64,000 nt of DNA from Raja brachyura (Eukaryota): contig OY740785.1 in assembly GCA_963514005.1 (NCBI GenBank), positions 87,668,001 to 87,732,000 of the forward strand, read 5' to 3'. A program made the position numbers and the translations under genes. The notes beneath the pieces are model-generated. The model searched no databases. It saw nothing but the letters and a program-made list of their open reading frames with translations, and was not told where the DNA came from. Positions 36,230 to 49,440 of the stretch are shown here, in pieces. The stretch's first letter is position 1, and the number at the start of each line of letters is the position of its first letter.

Positions 36230-37400
36230 CGGAAGTTTTCAGGATGAGCAGCTCAAGAATAAAATGCTGATAAGGGAGAAAATGAGAGAAATTTTGCATT
36301 TACAAAACAAACAGAAATAGTCTCTACGGATAAATCTTAAGGAAGAGGGTGACTAAAATAAATGTAGGTGAAGACTTCTAATAAGTGAGGATAGCAAATT
36401 AATGAACAAAGATATTGTGAATAAATATTTTGCATCAGTCTTCACTGAAGGCGGGTCTGAAGAAGGGTCTCGATCAGAAATGTTGGCAATTCCTTCTCTC
36501 CATAGATGCTGCCTTACCCACTGAGTTTCTCCAGCATTTCTTTGTCTACCTTCACTGTAGGATGTATTGTTATTATCGCCAAGATATCAGGCAGGTTACC
36601 ATCAGTAACCTGGTGGATCTAACAAAAATCAGTCTGATGAAGGGTCTAAACCCAAAACGTCACCCCTTCCTTCTATCCAGAGAAGCTGCGTGTTCCGTTG
36701 AGTGACTCCAGCATTTTGTATTTATCTTCTAACAAAAACCCAATTACAAGTGAAAAAGTATTGCAGTGACTCAGTGGGGAGGGGCTAAAGATGGACAAGT
36801 CTTCAGGACTCAATGGACTGCATTTAAAGGTTTAAACGAAATAGCTGCAGAAACAGTGGATCCATTCATTGAAAATATTCTGAACTCACTATACTTAACT
36901 TGAGTACCAGAAGATTGTAAAACAGCAAATGTGATTTCCTTGTTCAAAAAAGGAAAAAGGCAGAAGGCAGGGAACTACAGGCCAGTTAGTTCAACACCTA
37001 TTATTGACAAGATGCTACAGTCATTAATCAAACAAGAAACAGTTCATCATTTAGGAATATAATTAAATCCAGTCAACATGTTTCTGTGAAAAGTAAATTA
37101 TGTTGGACAAATTTGCTTGGATTCTTTGAAGTGGTAACCTGGAGAGCTCACAGAAGGTAACCTGCAAATACATTCCCAAAAGGCATTTGACAAGGTGCCA
37201 CACAAAAGGCTGGTGCATAAATTAAAAGTTTAATAACAATGGAGGTATGTTAAAATGGATTGAAAATTGGTTGTCTCATGTAAAACAGAGTTGGAATAAA
37301 TAGATATTTTGCAGCGTAGGAGGTAACTTGTGGAATGCAGCAGGGATCAGCACTTGGCCCACATCTGGTCACGATTTAAATTAATGACCTGAAGGTACCC
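36230..37400 (+). mobile_element. Degraded CR1 RT region with two nested Penelope terminal-repeat fragments (36451-36552, 36631-36730)
   Basis: GNYRPVS and KAFDKVPH codons; nested CTGA(A/T)GAAGGGTCT..CCC.AAAC units. Confidence 0.75.
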
Positions 37401-37509
37401 GAGTTATGTCCTCGAGTAAATCAAAATGAGACACTAACAAACGCTATCCTTCTCAGTAACATCTCGGAATTAATAAGTTAATCAAACCATCAAGACATTT
37501 GTTATTAGA

Positions 37510-38180
37510 ATCATAAGTTCATAAGTCATAGGGACAGAATTAGACAATTCGCCCCATTGAGTCTACTCTGCCATTCAATCATGGCTGATCTATCATTACC
37601 TCTCAACCCCATTCTCCTATCTTCTCTCTGCAACCGTTGACACCTTTACTAATCAAGAACCTGTCAATCTCTGCTTTAGAAATATCCAATGAATTCCACA
37701 GATTCAACACTCTCTGACTAAAGAAATTCCTCCTCATCTCCTTTCTAAAGGTATGTACTTCTATTCTGAGGCCATGCCCTCTGGTCCTACTCTCCCACTG
37801 ATGGAAACATTTTTTCAACGTCTACTCTATCCAGGCCTTTTACTTTTTGGTAAGTTTCAATTAGATACCCCCCTCATCCTTCTAAACTCCAGTGAGTACA
37901 GGCCCAGTGCCGTCAAATACTTATCACACGCTAACCCAATCATCCTTGGGGTCATTCTCGTAAACCTTCTCTGGACCCTCTCCAACACCAGCACATCCCT
38001 CCTCGGATTAAGGGGCCCAAAACTGCTCACAATATTCCAAATGCAGTTTGGCCAGAGCCTTATAAAGCCCCAGCATTACATCCTTGCTTTTATATTTTAT
38101 GAAATTAATGCAAACTAATCTGCATCAGCACTCCCATGTCCTAGCCCCTCCAATTTCCGAATCCTTTCCCCATTTACACA
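37510..38180 (-). mobile_element. CR1 LINE 3' part
   Basis: ESRTRGHGLRI...FFSQRVLNLWNS, 3'UTR and (CTTATGAA) tail. Confidence 0.88.
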
Positions 38181-38352
38181 ATAGAATCATCACCATTTTG
38201 AATGATCACCATCTACATACAAATTCCTAAAAATAAATCTCTTGTTAGGGTGACAATAATAAATAAAACTAATTTAAAATATATATTATGCATTCATACA
38301 CTCCAACAGCCTAAATGTTATTTTTTTCACTTGATGGATGCAAAATACTTAC

Positions 38353-38651
38353 TTTCATAAAACCTTCAGGCTTTAATTTGTGAAGTTTCGAAGCTGCAAG
38401 TAGAACACGATTTCTCTGAGAGTGAAGGACAGAATCTAGCACCTGCCACCATGTGTGGCAGTTCAGAACTAGAGCCAGACCAATGATGCAAACAATAGAT
38501 ATCAGAATGGCATTAACTGTCAGCTGCTCCTCATCTGCCTTGAAAACAGCCAGCAGCAAAACGCCAGCAACGAAGCAGCTCATGATAAAAATAAAGATGA
38601 CAAATGATGGAATACAACAGGTCTTCTTCCATTTCTTCACTCCCTTTTTTC
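38353..38651 (-). CDS. KIDINS220: KIDINS220 exon, TM3-TM4 ([20 protein letters not shown]...KPEGFMK)
   Basis: 299 nt, phase 1/0; ORF 38311..38724. Confidence 0.96.
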
Positions 38652-39261
38652 CTGAAAAGATACAAAAAAAATTAAAGTAACTGCTCCTTTTAAATGCAGA
38701 AAATATACACAGCAAAGAAAACAAATAATTTAGTTCATTTCATAATTTATCAATATTTATTAATTTTGCATTTGTTGTCAATTAAATGCTCTGAACAGCT
38801 CTGGTTTCCTTCAGGAAAGATATCATCACTGGAGGCAGTTCAGAGAAGGGTTAAGTAGGTTGTTCCTACGTATGGAGAGATTGTCTTTTGATGAATTCAG
38901 TGATAGATTGGGTCTGTGCTCAGAGTTTAGAAGTTGAAGGCAATCTTCTTTTCTTATGATATAGACGAGGCCCATTTAGTCAGGAACTAATCTGGGCGAG
39001 CAGGTGAAGAATTGTTGGGTGAATGGGACTTCATGCAGGTCGGAGGAAGCTGGCCAGGAGTTCGCTGAGATAGTTAACAGTAGAAAACAAAAGCTAAGTC
39101 TGAGAGTTCCAGCAACGATGAGCCGGGGTAAGTGAGAAAGTTGACGATGTTATAGACGTGGCAATATTCAATGCTGACTTGTTCAAAGCTCATCAAGATT
39201 AAATATGATTGTTAGTAGCAAACTTGTTTTAGTTGGCAAAATTTTGATAGTAGATTCATAC

Positions 39262-39413
39262 CTTGTGTATCTTCAGTCTTGAAGACTCTGAAAAGTCTTG
39301 ATGCCAGAAAGCCAAACTCTTTTTCACAAGCATCTGAAAGAGTTGCAATCATCTCAGCCATCGATGTTTCCCCGCCAACACTGGACAATCTGTTATAATC
39401 TGTAAAAAGAAAC
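39262..39413 (-). CDS. KIDINS220: KIDINS220 exon ([50 protein letters not shown])
   Basis: 152 nt, phase 2/1. Confidence 0.96.
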
Positions 39414-39644
39414 CTTTTAAACAGAAAAGAAGAGGTTAAAGTAAATGAAACATATTAAATCATCCAGGACAATGTTTTTCTCTATTTGAATGATTTTAAA
39501 CAGAATTATTTGACTGGAAAATTGGAATAGAGTGAAAAGAGTACAGCAATAAAGTAATCCAAATGATATAGATGTTTCTGGACAATAAAACAATTTAGCA
39601 TATGTAGAAACAAGGAACTGTGGATGCTGGATTATACTAAATTT

Positions 39645-39960
39645 TAAATAACCTCTACTCATACTTCCCTCCCCACTTCCTCCACCCTAGTCATTTTACC
39701 AGTTCCATAGGTCTCGTATTGTTTTCCTCTTGAGAAACACCTTCCCGAGACAACAACGGGCTTTTAACATACTTAGAAAAATAATTTATGGCCGGCCCAG
39801 AATAGTCCTGCGCTTTTCTTGCCTCCAGCTCTTCACCTCCACTCCACCCCCACCCCCTACTTTCACTGAGGACGGGTCCTGACCCGAAAAGGTCATCAAT
39901 GCCTTTTCCCCAGAGATGCTGCCTGACCTGTTGATTTACTGCAGCACATTGTGTCTAATT
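39645..39960 (+). mobile_element. Penelope 3' region with hammerhead-like motif
   Basis: CTGAGGACGGGTCCTGACCCGAAAAGGTC followed by the GATGCTGCCTGACCTG tail shared with other copies. Confidence 0.6.
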
Positions 39961-40202
39961 TGGCCAATTTATCTGGTTCTTTAATTACTGTCCAGAACCA
40001 TAGGGATTTCAGTAATCTTATACCCATGAAGTCCAAAGCTCTCTCCTTAATCACATTCAGAACAAAATAATTCATCAGCAATAGTAGCCTAACAAAAGAC
40101 TTCATTCATATCACAAGGTGGATAGGTTGAAATGGAATTATGTCCAATTGATGTGAAATAATTTATAAATAATAAAGTTGGAAGATGTGAGACGTATTGT
40201 CA

Positions 40203-41128
40203 AGTCAACACCATTGTCAACTTTGCAGACGACACAACGGTGATCGGGCTGATCACCAACGGTGATGAAACAAACTATAGAGCGGAGGTGCAGAACCTGG
40301 CGGACTGGTGCTCACGGAACAACTTGTTGCTAAATACCTCCAAGACCAAGGAGCTGATTATCGACTTCAGGAGGTCACAGAATGGGGAATACGCCCCAAT
40401 CTCCATCTACGGGGACAGTGTGGAGAGAGTGTCCAGCTTCAAGTTTCTGGGCACTCACATCTCAGAGGACCTCACATGGTCCACCAACACCGCTGCGCTG
40501 GACAAAAAGGCACAGCAACGACTGTTCTTCCTAAGAACATTGAAACGGACTGGTCTGCCTCAACGGCTGCTGACGACCTTCTACCGCTGCACCACAGAGA
40601 GCATACTAACGTATGGCATCTCTGTGTGGTATCTCAGCTGCACGGAGGCAGAGAGGAGAGCTCTTCAGCGCGTTGTCCACAGAGCGCAACAGATTATTGG
40701 AACACCGCTACCAGCCTTGGAGGGCATCTACCACACACGGTGCCTCAGGAAGGCAGTCAGCATACATAAAGACTCCTCTCACCCTTGTAATGGACTGTTC
40801 GAACTACTCCCTTCCAGCAGACGTTACAAGGCCTTCTACCCCCGCACCACCAGACTCAGGCACAGCTTCATTCCCAGAGCTATAGCGGCTCTGAACCAGC
40901 CCTGCTGAGTACCCCCCCACCCCCATGGACTGTCTCCCCCGGCCTCGCACTTTAGCCTGTGTTGATTTTACTGATCAAATGTTCGTTTTTACAAACCTTG
41001 TTCTCGGGGTATTTAAACCTAAATTTTATTTGTCGATTAAGTTATGACATCGGATGGAAGGTGCAAACCAAATCACGTTGCATTTATGTGTAATGACAAT
41101 AAAAGATATTATTATTATTATTATTATT
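40203..41128 (+). mobile_element. Rex1/Babar-type LINE, 5'-truncated, open RT C-terminus
   Basis: FADDTTVIGLI...WCSRNNLLLNTSKTKELIIDFRR...FKFLG; 222-aa ORF; AATAAA then (ATT)n tail. Confidence 0.92.
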
Positions 41129-41566
41129 GGCCCATTTCCTTACTCTAATTCCTGTTCTCATGCATTTAGATATAATTATGCATTTAACTATTCAAAAAAA
41201 TGAAAGTCAAATAACTGCAGATGTTAAAAATCTGAAATATAAGCAGAAAACATTAGTAGTTAGCAGTTCTGACAAGGGACAGAAGGACCCCGGGCCCAAA
41301 ACATAAACTCATTTTCTTTCCACAGATGTTACCAGACCTGCTGCAGGTTTCCAGCATTTTCTGTTTTTATTTCAAAATTTAACATAACTTTTTGCTTTAT
41401 GCTAATAGACTATCCAAGAATATGAGAATTAACTTAAAATGTCCATGATGTAGTGATTTTCCATCAAATGGATCATGAAATGTGGGAATAGTTTGAAAAT
41501 GTTATAAAACATTCAAGACAAAGATGATAGAAATCAATATCAAGTAATGTGAACATTGATTTGTAC

Positions 41567-41732
41567 CTGACAGGTAAGGCTCTGGAAGTTTGTTCCGGTA
41601 GATCTGGTGGATTTACAAACATTAATTTCAGCAGCAGCTCCAGGTAGCTAATTTGCTGAGCAAGTTTGGCACTCAATACCCAGGCCCAATTCCAATTTTC
41701 TCCTTCTTGCCGACCGCCAAAGTAAATAATTG
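41567..41732 (-). CDS. KIDINS220: KIDINS220 exon ([20 protein letters not shown]...[11 protein letters not shown])
   Basis: 166 nt, phase 1/2; ORF 41473..41742. Confidence 0.96.
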
Positions 41733-42459
41733 CTTTGAACATTAAAAAGTAAAAAAAAAATTACTAACCAAGAAAGAAGACAATAACCTAACTTATAGAG
41801 CAAAGTTAACATTTGCAAGGTGTAATAGTATAATATATCCATGCAAATATTAAATACATTAATATTTGTACCAAATGTCTCTTTCTGTTCTCAGGCAGCT
41901 GACAAGCTCAAACAGTTTTTAGAAAATAAGTACTTCCTTCAGCTTTTTTTAAGCAAATACTTTCTTCAACATTTTGGATAAAAATTCAATCGAAGATTGC
42001 CGCTTGCAGATAATGTTTATAGAATTACAGAGATTGGAATGATGCATCAAAGATGGTGGATGAATAGATTGTGTTTTAATTGACAGTTTGTCTTGTGTCT
42101 GATCTAGCATAGATGCTACTTTTCTAATCTCTGGAACAGATTGCATATTCATATGGTCGTAAAATCAATTTCCGAGTGAACGGGATACATTTCTTAAAAA
42201 GAGGCCACTTTATGAAATATGTCAGCATAGAATTCTGAAATTGGCTGTGTACTTGCCTCTTCCAAGATTTAGGATTAGTGAAATATAATACAAGGGGTTT
42301 CTAAATTGTTTCAGATAGACTGAATGAATCAGAACTCTTTCTATTTGCTATTGTTTAAATATTTGCATCAGCTTCAGAGAGTGGTACAATTCAATTCTCA
42401 AATTTAAGCCTCACCACAAATTACAGTCAGTAAATTATATCACCACTTCAAGGCTGTAC

Positions 42460-43100
42460 CATAGATACATAAGAAATAGGTGCAGGAGACCACTCGGCCC
42501 CTCGAGCCAGCACCGCCGTTCAATGTGATCATGGCTGATCATCCACAATGAGTACCCTGTTCCTGCCTTCTCCCCATATCCCTTGATTCTGCTAGCCCCC
42601 AAGAGCTCTATCTAACCCTATTTTGAATGCATCCCGTGAATCAGCCTCCACTGCCTTCTGAGGCAGATAATTCCACTAATGCACAACTCTCTGGATGAAA
42701 AAACTTTTCCTCATCTCAGTTCTAAATGGCCTACCCCTTATTCTTAAACTATTCAGGAACATGTTTCCTGCATCTAGCGTGTCCAATCAATAGACAATAG
42801 GTGCATGAGTAGGCCATTCGGCCCTTCGAGCCAGCACCGCCATTCAATGTGATCATGGCTGATCATCCACAATCAGTACCCCGTTCCTGCCTTCTCCCCA
42901 TATCCCCTGACTCCGCTATCTTTAAGAGCCTTATCTAGCTCCCTCTTGAAAGTGTCCAGAGAACCGGCCTCCACCGCCCTCTGAGGCAGAGAATTCCACA
43001 GAATCACAACTCTCTGTGAGAAAAAGTGTTTCCTCGTCTCCGTTCTAAATGGCTTACCCTTTATTCTTAAATTGTGGCCCCTGGTTCTGGACTCCCCTAA
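42460..43100 (-). mobile_element. Two tandem CR1 3' ends (about 42460-42787 and 42787-43100)
   Basis: Duplicated 3'UTR with different tails; ORF 42873..43211. Confidence 0.9.
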
Positions 43101-43514
43101 GTGCCAGATAATAAACAAATGCATTATAAGGAAATTCGTAAAATAAATATTGTTTAAAGAAAACCTTTTGAATAGTTTTAATCCTGAGTCATATATTAAA
43201 ACTTCACTCAAACTTCCCTTTGGCAGCTTCCTGCAGAGGTCATAACTATAATATCATTGCTATTATGAAGCTGGGTAAGTAAGTCAGAGGTTTAAAGCAG
43301 CTCTCTAGAGCAGTTATTAAGTAGCTGTAGGAAAAGTAACCATGGCGGCGAGGACAAATGCTGAGTGAGGCTATAGGGGAAGACTCGAGTCCCCATTGCC
43401 ACAGATCACAACCCCTTCCCTCCTCATCAATTGTGATGCAAGGCAATATAACAGTATCTCATTACCAGTAGCAATAATACACCACTGATATTCTGCTATG
43501 CGATGTTAACATAC

Positions 43515-43694
43515 CAAAAAAGATGTAAATTAGTGCCAGTAAACTCAATCCAACTGCTATGCCAAGCTTCAGATCAACTGCAAAGCCAAGCAGTAAGCCT
43601 GTTCCCACAGAGGTCAAGAGTGTAATGAATACCACCAGCCAAGAGAACTGGAAAAGGGCTTCCACTTGCTGCCCAGCAAAAGTCTTCATTTCAT
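43515..43694 (-). CDS. KIDINS220: KIDINS220 exon, TM1-TM2 ([23 protein letters not shown]...LALIYIFF)
   Basis: 180 nt, phase 1/1; two hydrophobic stretches; ORF 43462..43689. Confidence 0.96.
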
Positions 43695-44009
43695 CTAAGG
43701 GTAAGAAAAAGAATAAGGATGTAAGAAAGGATTGTGCTGCAGAAAATGAACATAAATAAGTTATTTATCAAATTAAACTTTTCTTATTGCAGAGGTTCTG
43801 CAGGATACAGGAACATGAAAATAGCCCATCAAATATATTCTACCATTTCAGGTGATCTGTGATTTAACTCCAATTCCTTACGTTTTTCTCTATATCCCAT
43901 AATACCTTTGGCTATTCAAAAAATGAACCAATATCAGATTTAAATGTTTGCACCTGGCTTCATTTCCGCTGCTTTTTATGCATTTAAGTATTCAGATTTC
44001 TACAGCTCG

Positions 44010-44470
44010 CTGAGTCACAGAGTCATACTGCATAGAAACAGGCCCTTCGGCCCAGCTTGCCCATGCTGCTCAAGGTGCCACTAGTCCCACCTGCCTGTTT
44101 TTGGTCCATATCCCCCTAAGCCTTTCCTTTCCATGTACTTGTCTAAATGCCTTTTAAATGCTCCAAGTGCTGTCTCAAATACCCTCTTCCAGCAACTCAT
44201 TCCATATACCCATCACCCTCTGTGTGAAAACGTTGCTCCTCAGATTCCCATGGAATCTTTCCCCTCTCACGTTAAAGCTATGTCCTCCTGTTCTTGATTC
44301 CCCTACTCTGGGTAAAAGATTCTGTGCACCCACCCTATCTATTGCCCTCATGATCTTACACACCTCTATAAGATCACCTCCCATCCTTCTACGCTCCAAG
44401 GAATACACACTTGGCCTGTCCAACCTGCCCCTATAGCTCAGGCCCTCAAGTCCTGGCAATATCCTCATAA
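44010..44470 (-). mobile_element. CR1 LINE 3' end, different subfamily ((TGACTC) tail)
   Basis: LPGLEGLSYRGRL...YSLERRR...FTQRVMGIWNEL. Confidence 0.9.
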
Positions 44471-45137
44471 AAATATTTGCATATCAAGGTATTTCTAAAC
44501 TTCATTCCTGAAAAACTTGGATTTAATTATTTTTAAACAACCTGACATGGGTTACATTTTTACACATAGCCTTAAACATAGGTTAAATATAGCCTCAACC
44601 TTTGGATATACATTATTTTAATCTATTCTATCAATTGTCCTTAATATGTTTAACACAATCAGTTCACACCATATTCTTCAAACTTACAACAAATACAAGT
44701 AATATTTTGTGTAACTTTTCCTTGAAGTTTAACCCATGGAGCCAAATTACCACAAAGATAAATCTACAGTGCACTCCTTACTAAAATGTGGTGCATAGAC
44801 TACAAATAACACCTCAGGGTTGGCCATGCATTCGTGTAATATAATTTTTGATTATGTCCTGCAGAGTCTAGGTGAGCGTATTTCCAGACTTTGCACAATA
44901 TTTGTAAATGATCATGCTGAAGGGAAAATATTAACATGGCCAACACAGAAAGGTGGAATGACGTCATTCAGCTCCACACATTACAAAAAAAACCTGACAA
45001 GAGTGTTGAAAGTAGAACAAATATTTAAAAATATATCATCTCAATGATTTGAAGAATGACTGAAATTACATTTGTGGAAGTTGGAAGTGTAAGTTTATGA
45101 ATCACTAAACTTCAGTAAAAGTACCATCGCTGTTTAC

Positions 45138-45302
45138 CTTCAAGTTTTTTCAGAAGAAATGATTTTCCACTTCCCCATTGGGCATAAAGTCCAACGCAAA
45201 TAGGTGGCTGCATTGTTGGCTCACTTAGAATGTCTGCCAATGCACTACTATACAGATCATAACCAAGCATATCTCCGTCCGTCTCAGAAGGTGAGAGATG
45301 TC
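45138..45302 (-). CDS. KIDINS220: KIDINS220 exon, KAP NTPase Walker A ([54 protein letters not shown])
   Basis: 165 nt, phase 1/1, GxGKS P-loop. Confidence 0.97.
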
Positions 45303-45877
45303 CTGCGATTGTTTAAAAAAGTTTTTTTAGACCAGGATATATAGTATCAAATAAATTGACGTTATCAAACCGATATCAAAGAGCGCAGTGATCAACGAAT
45401 AATATCAATCAGCCTGTAGAAATTTAACAAGAAAATAAACATTTACAATAGCACAAGGTTGAAGGAAAATACATGGGTGGCTGAAGGGCAAAATAAATGA
45501 AAGTTAAGAAATGTAAACGTCACAGAAGAAAATAACATAGGCCATCAAGAAATAACTTACCATACCAGAAATAATAAAAAGCTACGGGCCCCAACAAAAC
45601 ACAAAATGCTGGGGGAACTCAGCTGGTCAGACAACATCTGTAGTGGGAATGGACAGATGATATTTTGGGGCGAGCAACGCCTGCCCATTCCCTCCACAGA
45701 TGCTGATTGGCCCGCGTTTCCCCAGAACTTTTCTGTTCAAGTTTCCAGCATTCGCAGTTACTTGTGACTCCAACAAAATCTCAATTCGAGTATGAAAAAC
45801 TAACACATAAGAATTAACCAACTTATTCCAATAAAGATAAAACACCGGCATCTAACTGACACAGTGGAATTTACCAA

Positions 45878-46770
45878 TAACCATATAACAATTACAGCAC
45901 GGAAACAGGCCTTCTCGGCCCTTCCAGTCCGTGCCGACCATTTATTTTCCCCTAGTCCCATCTACCTGCACTCAGACTATACCCCTCCATTCCCTTCCCG
46001 TCCATATATCTATCCACCTTTAAATGTTAAAATCGATCCTGCCTCCACCACTTCTGCAGGAAGATCATTCCACACAGCCACCACTCTCTGAGTAAAGAAG
46101 TTCCCCCTCATGTTACCCCTAAATTTCTGTCCCTTAATTCTCATGTCATGCCCTCGTGTTTGAATCTTTCCTACCCTCAATGGGAAAAGCTTATCCACGT
46201 CAACTCTTTCTATCCCTTTCATCATTTTAAAGACCTCAATCAAGTCCCCCTTAACCTTCTGCGCTCCAAAGAATAAAGACCTAACTTGTTCAACCTTTCT
46301 CTGTAACTTAGTTGCTGGAACCCAGGCAACATTCTAGTAAATCTCCTCTGTACTCTCTCTATTTTGTTGACATCCTTCCTATAATTAGGCGACCAAAATT
46401 GTACACCATACTCCAGAATTGGTCTTACCAATGCCTTGTACAATTTTAACATTACTTCCCTACTCCTATATTCAATGCTCTGATTTATAAAGGCCAGCAC
46501 ACCAAAAGCTTTCTTTACCACCCTATCTACATGCGATTCCACCTTCAGGGAACTATGCACAGTTATTCCTAGATCCCTCTGTTCCACAGCATTCCTCAAT
46601 TCCCTACCATTTACCATGTACGTCCTATTTTGATTTGTCCTGCCAAGATGTAGCACCTCACACTTATCAGCATGAAACTCCATCTGCCATCTTTCAGCCC
46701 ACTCTTCCAAATGGCCCAAATCTCTCTGTAGACTTTGAAAATCTACTTCATTATCCACAGCACCCCTACC
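45878..46770 (-). mobile_element. CR1 LINE 3' ~0.9 kb, third subfamily
   Basis: LQRDL..L.EWAERWQMEF..DKCEVLH; LYKALVRPILEY; one frameshift near 46243. Confidence 0.93.
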
Positions 46771-47089
46771 AAGCATATCTCATGAACAAATCTAGCAATC
46801 AGTCAATGATCACCAATGATCAAACTGATGAGAAATGTTGCCAACATTGTTCTCAAGCACCTATTACTCACTTAGTGGCCTAAAAGATCACTTGGCCCCA
46901 GAACCCATGCCAGCCCAGGCCTGTGAACAGATGAGTTGTTGGGTGAAAGTGGCTGCTCTTAACTCCAAGCCATGTTTGAATTCAGTTTTGTATTAAGAAG
47001 TCAATAGGAATAAAGATGGAAATCTTTCCACTGGGAGGAATATCAAGTGCAAAAGGTTGCTATGAGCCAATTGTCTCAAGGCAATATCC

Positions 47090-47525
47090 AACCTTTATCA
47101 TGGATCTGTACACTGTGGATGGCTCGATTGTAATCTTGTAGTCTTTCCGCTGACTGGTTAGCACGCAACAAAAAAAAACCTTCAACTATTTCATATGTGA
47201 CCTCTCAGAGATGTTTGTTGATGACTACAAATGGTTCAGTTTTATTCACAACCCCACAAATAATTGAATAATAAACAAAAAGAATATTCAACAAAAAACC
47301 AGAGCAGTGCTGTATTATTATCTACCTTTTTGGTGACCCTCGGACTATCCTTGATGGGACTTTGCTGGCTTTACCTTGCACTATACGTTATTCCCTTATC
47401 TTGTATCTAAATGCTGTAAATGGCTCGATTGTAATCATGTATTGTCTTTCTGCTGACTGGATAGCATGCAAATAACGTTTTTCAATGTACCTCGGTACAT
47501 GTGGCTATAAACTAAACTAAAAAAA
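47090..47525 (+). repeat. Two Rex/L2-type 3' tail fragments
   Basis: GGCTCGATTGTAATC..GTCTTTC.GCTGACTGG.TAGCA duplicated; (AAACT)n tail. Confidence 0.55.
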
Positions 47526-49099
47526 AAGAGGAAGTCCACCTTCACATGTGGACAATATTCAGGCTTGGTTTGGTAAATAACAATCTTACTTAAATAACAA
47601 TCTTACTTTACAGGTTTCAGGCAATAATAGCAGGGAATGCCATATATTAAATCAGGAAGCATGAACAGAGATAATGTTTCAGCTCACTGACTCTTCCAGT
47701 TGTCGTGAATGAATTATTGACCTGAAACATGGACTGTTTCTTTCTCATTAAAAGCTGTCTTGATCTGATGAGTATTTCAGGCACTTTCTATTTTGTTTCA
47801 GTGATTCTCTACAATAGATTTATCCTATTTCTATGAAAAGGACAGGTACATGCTAATTTTATTGTTGAACTACAATAGTTTGGCTCGGGGATCAGATCGT
47901 TTGGATGAACAATTTATCAGCATCTTTCTACGGTATATCTTCAGGCCTCCAGCAATTTAAATAATTGTTGCCAATATTGACTGATGACCATTACTAATGC
48001 TTAACTAATGTACAGACGATTTCAGGGCTGCCAGGACATGTGCAACATAAAAACACAGACTGAAATTAGAAAGGCAATGAGGGTGCATGAGAAATTATAG
48101 GTAGATATAATCACAAATGGTGTTATTGGCAGATAAAATAAAATATCATGTAAAAATACTCTATAACAGTGGGAATGTATAGTTTCTATGAAGCACCAAT
48201 ATGGGAGCCTATTTTGCATGTCTTCAAAAGAGGGTTTATATATGGAGGTAAATACTGACACAAAAAGAAAAATGGTGAAGTATTAGAAATAATAAACAAA
48301 AAGAATATCCAAGAATCTTTAAAAGTGGATAAATTGCCAAACCATGGTTAAAATACATCTCAGAGGAGAAAAACGTGCAAGCTCTGATGATCATTTTTGA
48401 AATCCTTTGGGCTATTGGCACAGAGGAGAGTACCTGTCCTGCTCCATGAAATATAAATTATATAGCTGATTAAAAAGATGTAATTCAACATCATGCTTTA
48501 GTTGCATATTCTGCAGCCTTGGCATAGTAGTGGTAAATAGACTGCACATTTAGTAAGGGTGGATGAAGTATCAACCATCTTGGATGACATTGATCTTTAC
48601 AGATATCGATGGAACTACGAATCTGGCCAATTGAATACTCACCTGACATGCAACTTCGAGATGGAGCAGAAGCAGTGGGGAATCAAGGGGCAAATCATTC
48701 TAATTTTCTCTTGTGACCATAGTATTTATATGGCTGGTCAATGCAAGATCCTTGTTATCGGCAAATGCAAGGTTGTTGATGGTGGATGTGATGTTGGTAA
48801 TGCTACTTATTGTGACAAGGTGGTGGTGAAAGATTTTTGGAGATTATTGGAGATTGTCATTGCCTGGGATTGTGGGATATGAACATTACTTGCCATCTAA
48901 TTCGCCCAATTGCTCAGATCCTGCTTCATGCAGCACACTATTTCATGATCTGAGAAGCTGCAGGAGGAACCAAACCCCATGCAGTGAATGAATACCTTAA
49001 TTTGTGTTCTTCTAATGAAGATTAAGGTAGAGGTAGTTGTGATGACAGCAGTGAAAACGCATCACTGTCGAGCTGGAGACACGTGGAATTACATGTATT

Positions 49100-49440
49100 G
49101 GAAGGTAGACACAAAATGCTGGAGTAACTCAGTGGGACAGGCAGAGAGAGATATAGAACAAATTAATGAAAGATATGCAAAAAACGATGATAAAGGAAAC
49201 AGGTCACTGTTAGCTGGTTTCTAGGTGAGAACGAGAAGCTGATGCAACTTGGGTGGTGGATGGATGGAGAGTGAGGGAATGCAGGGGTTACTTGTAGTTA
49301 GAGAAATCAATATTCATACCACTGGGTTGTAATCTTCCCAAGCAAAATATGAGATGTTGTTCCTCCAATTTGCGTTTAGCCTCACTCTGACAAAAGGTCA
49401 GTGTGGGACTGGGAAGGTGAATTAAACTGTTTGGGAACTA
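49100..49440 (-). mobile_element. Penelope ORF C-terminus and 3' region
   Basis: KRKLEEQHLIFCLGRLQPSGMNIDFSNYK* typical of the PLE GIY-YIG C-terminus. Confidence 0.8.
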
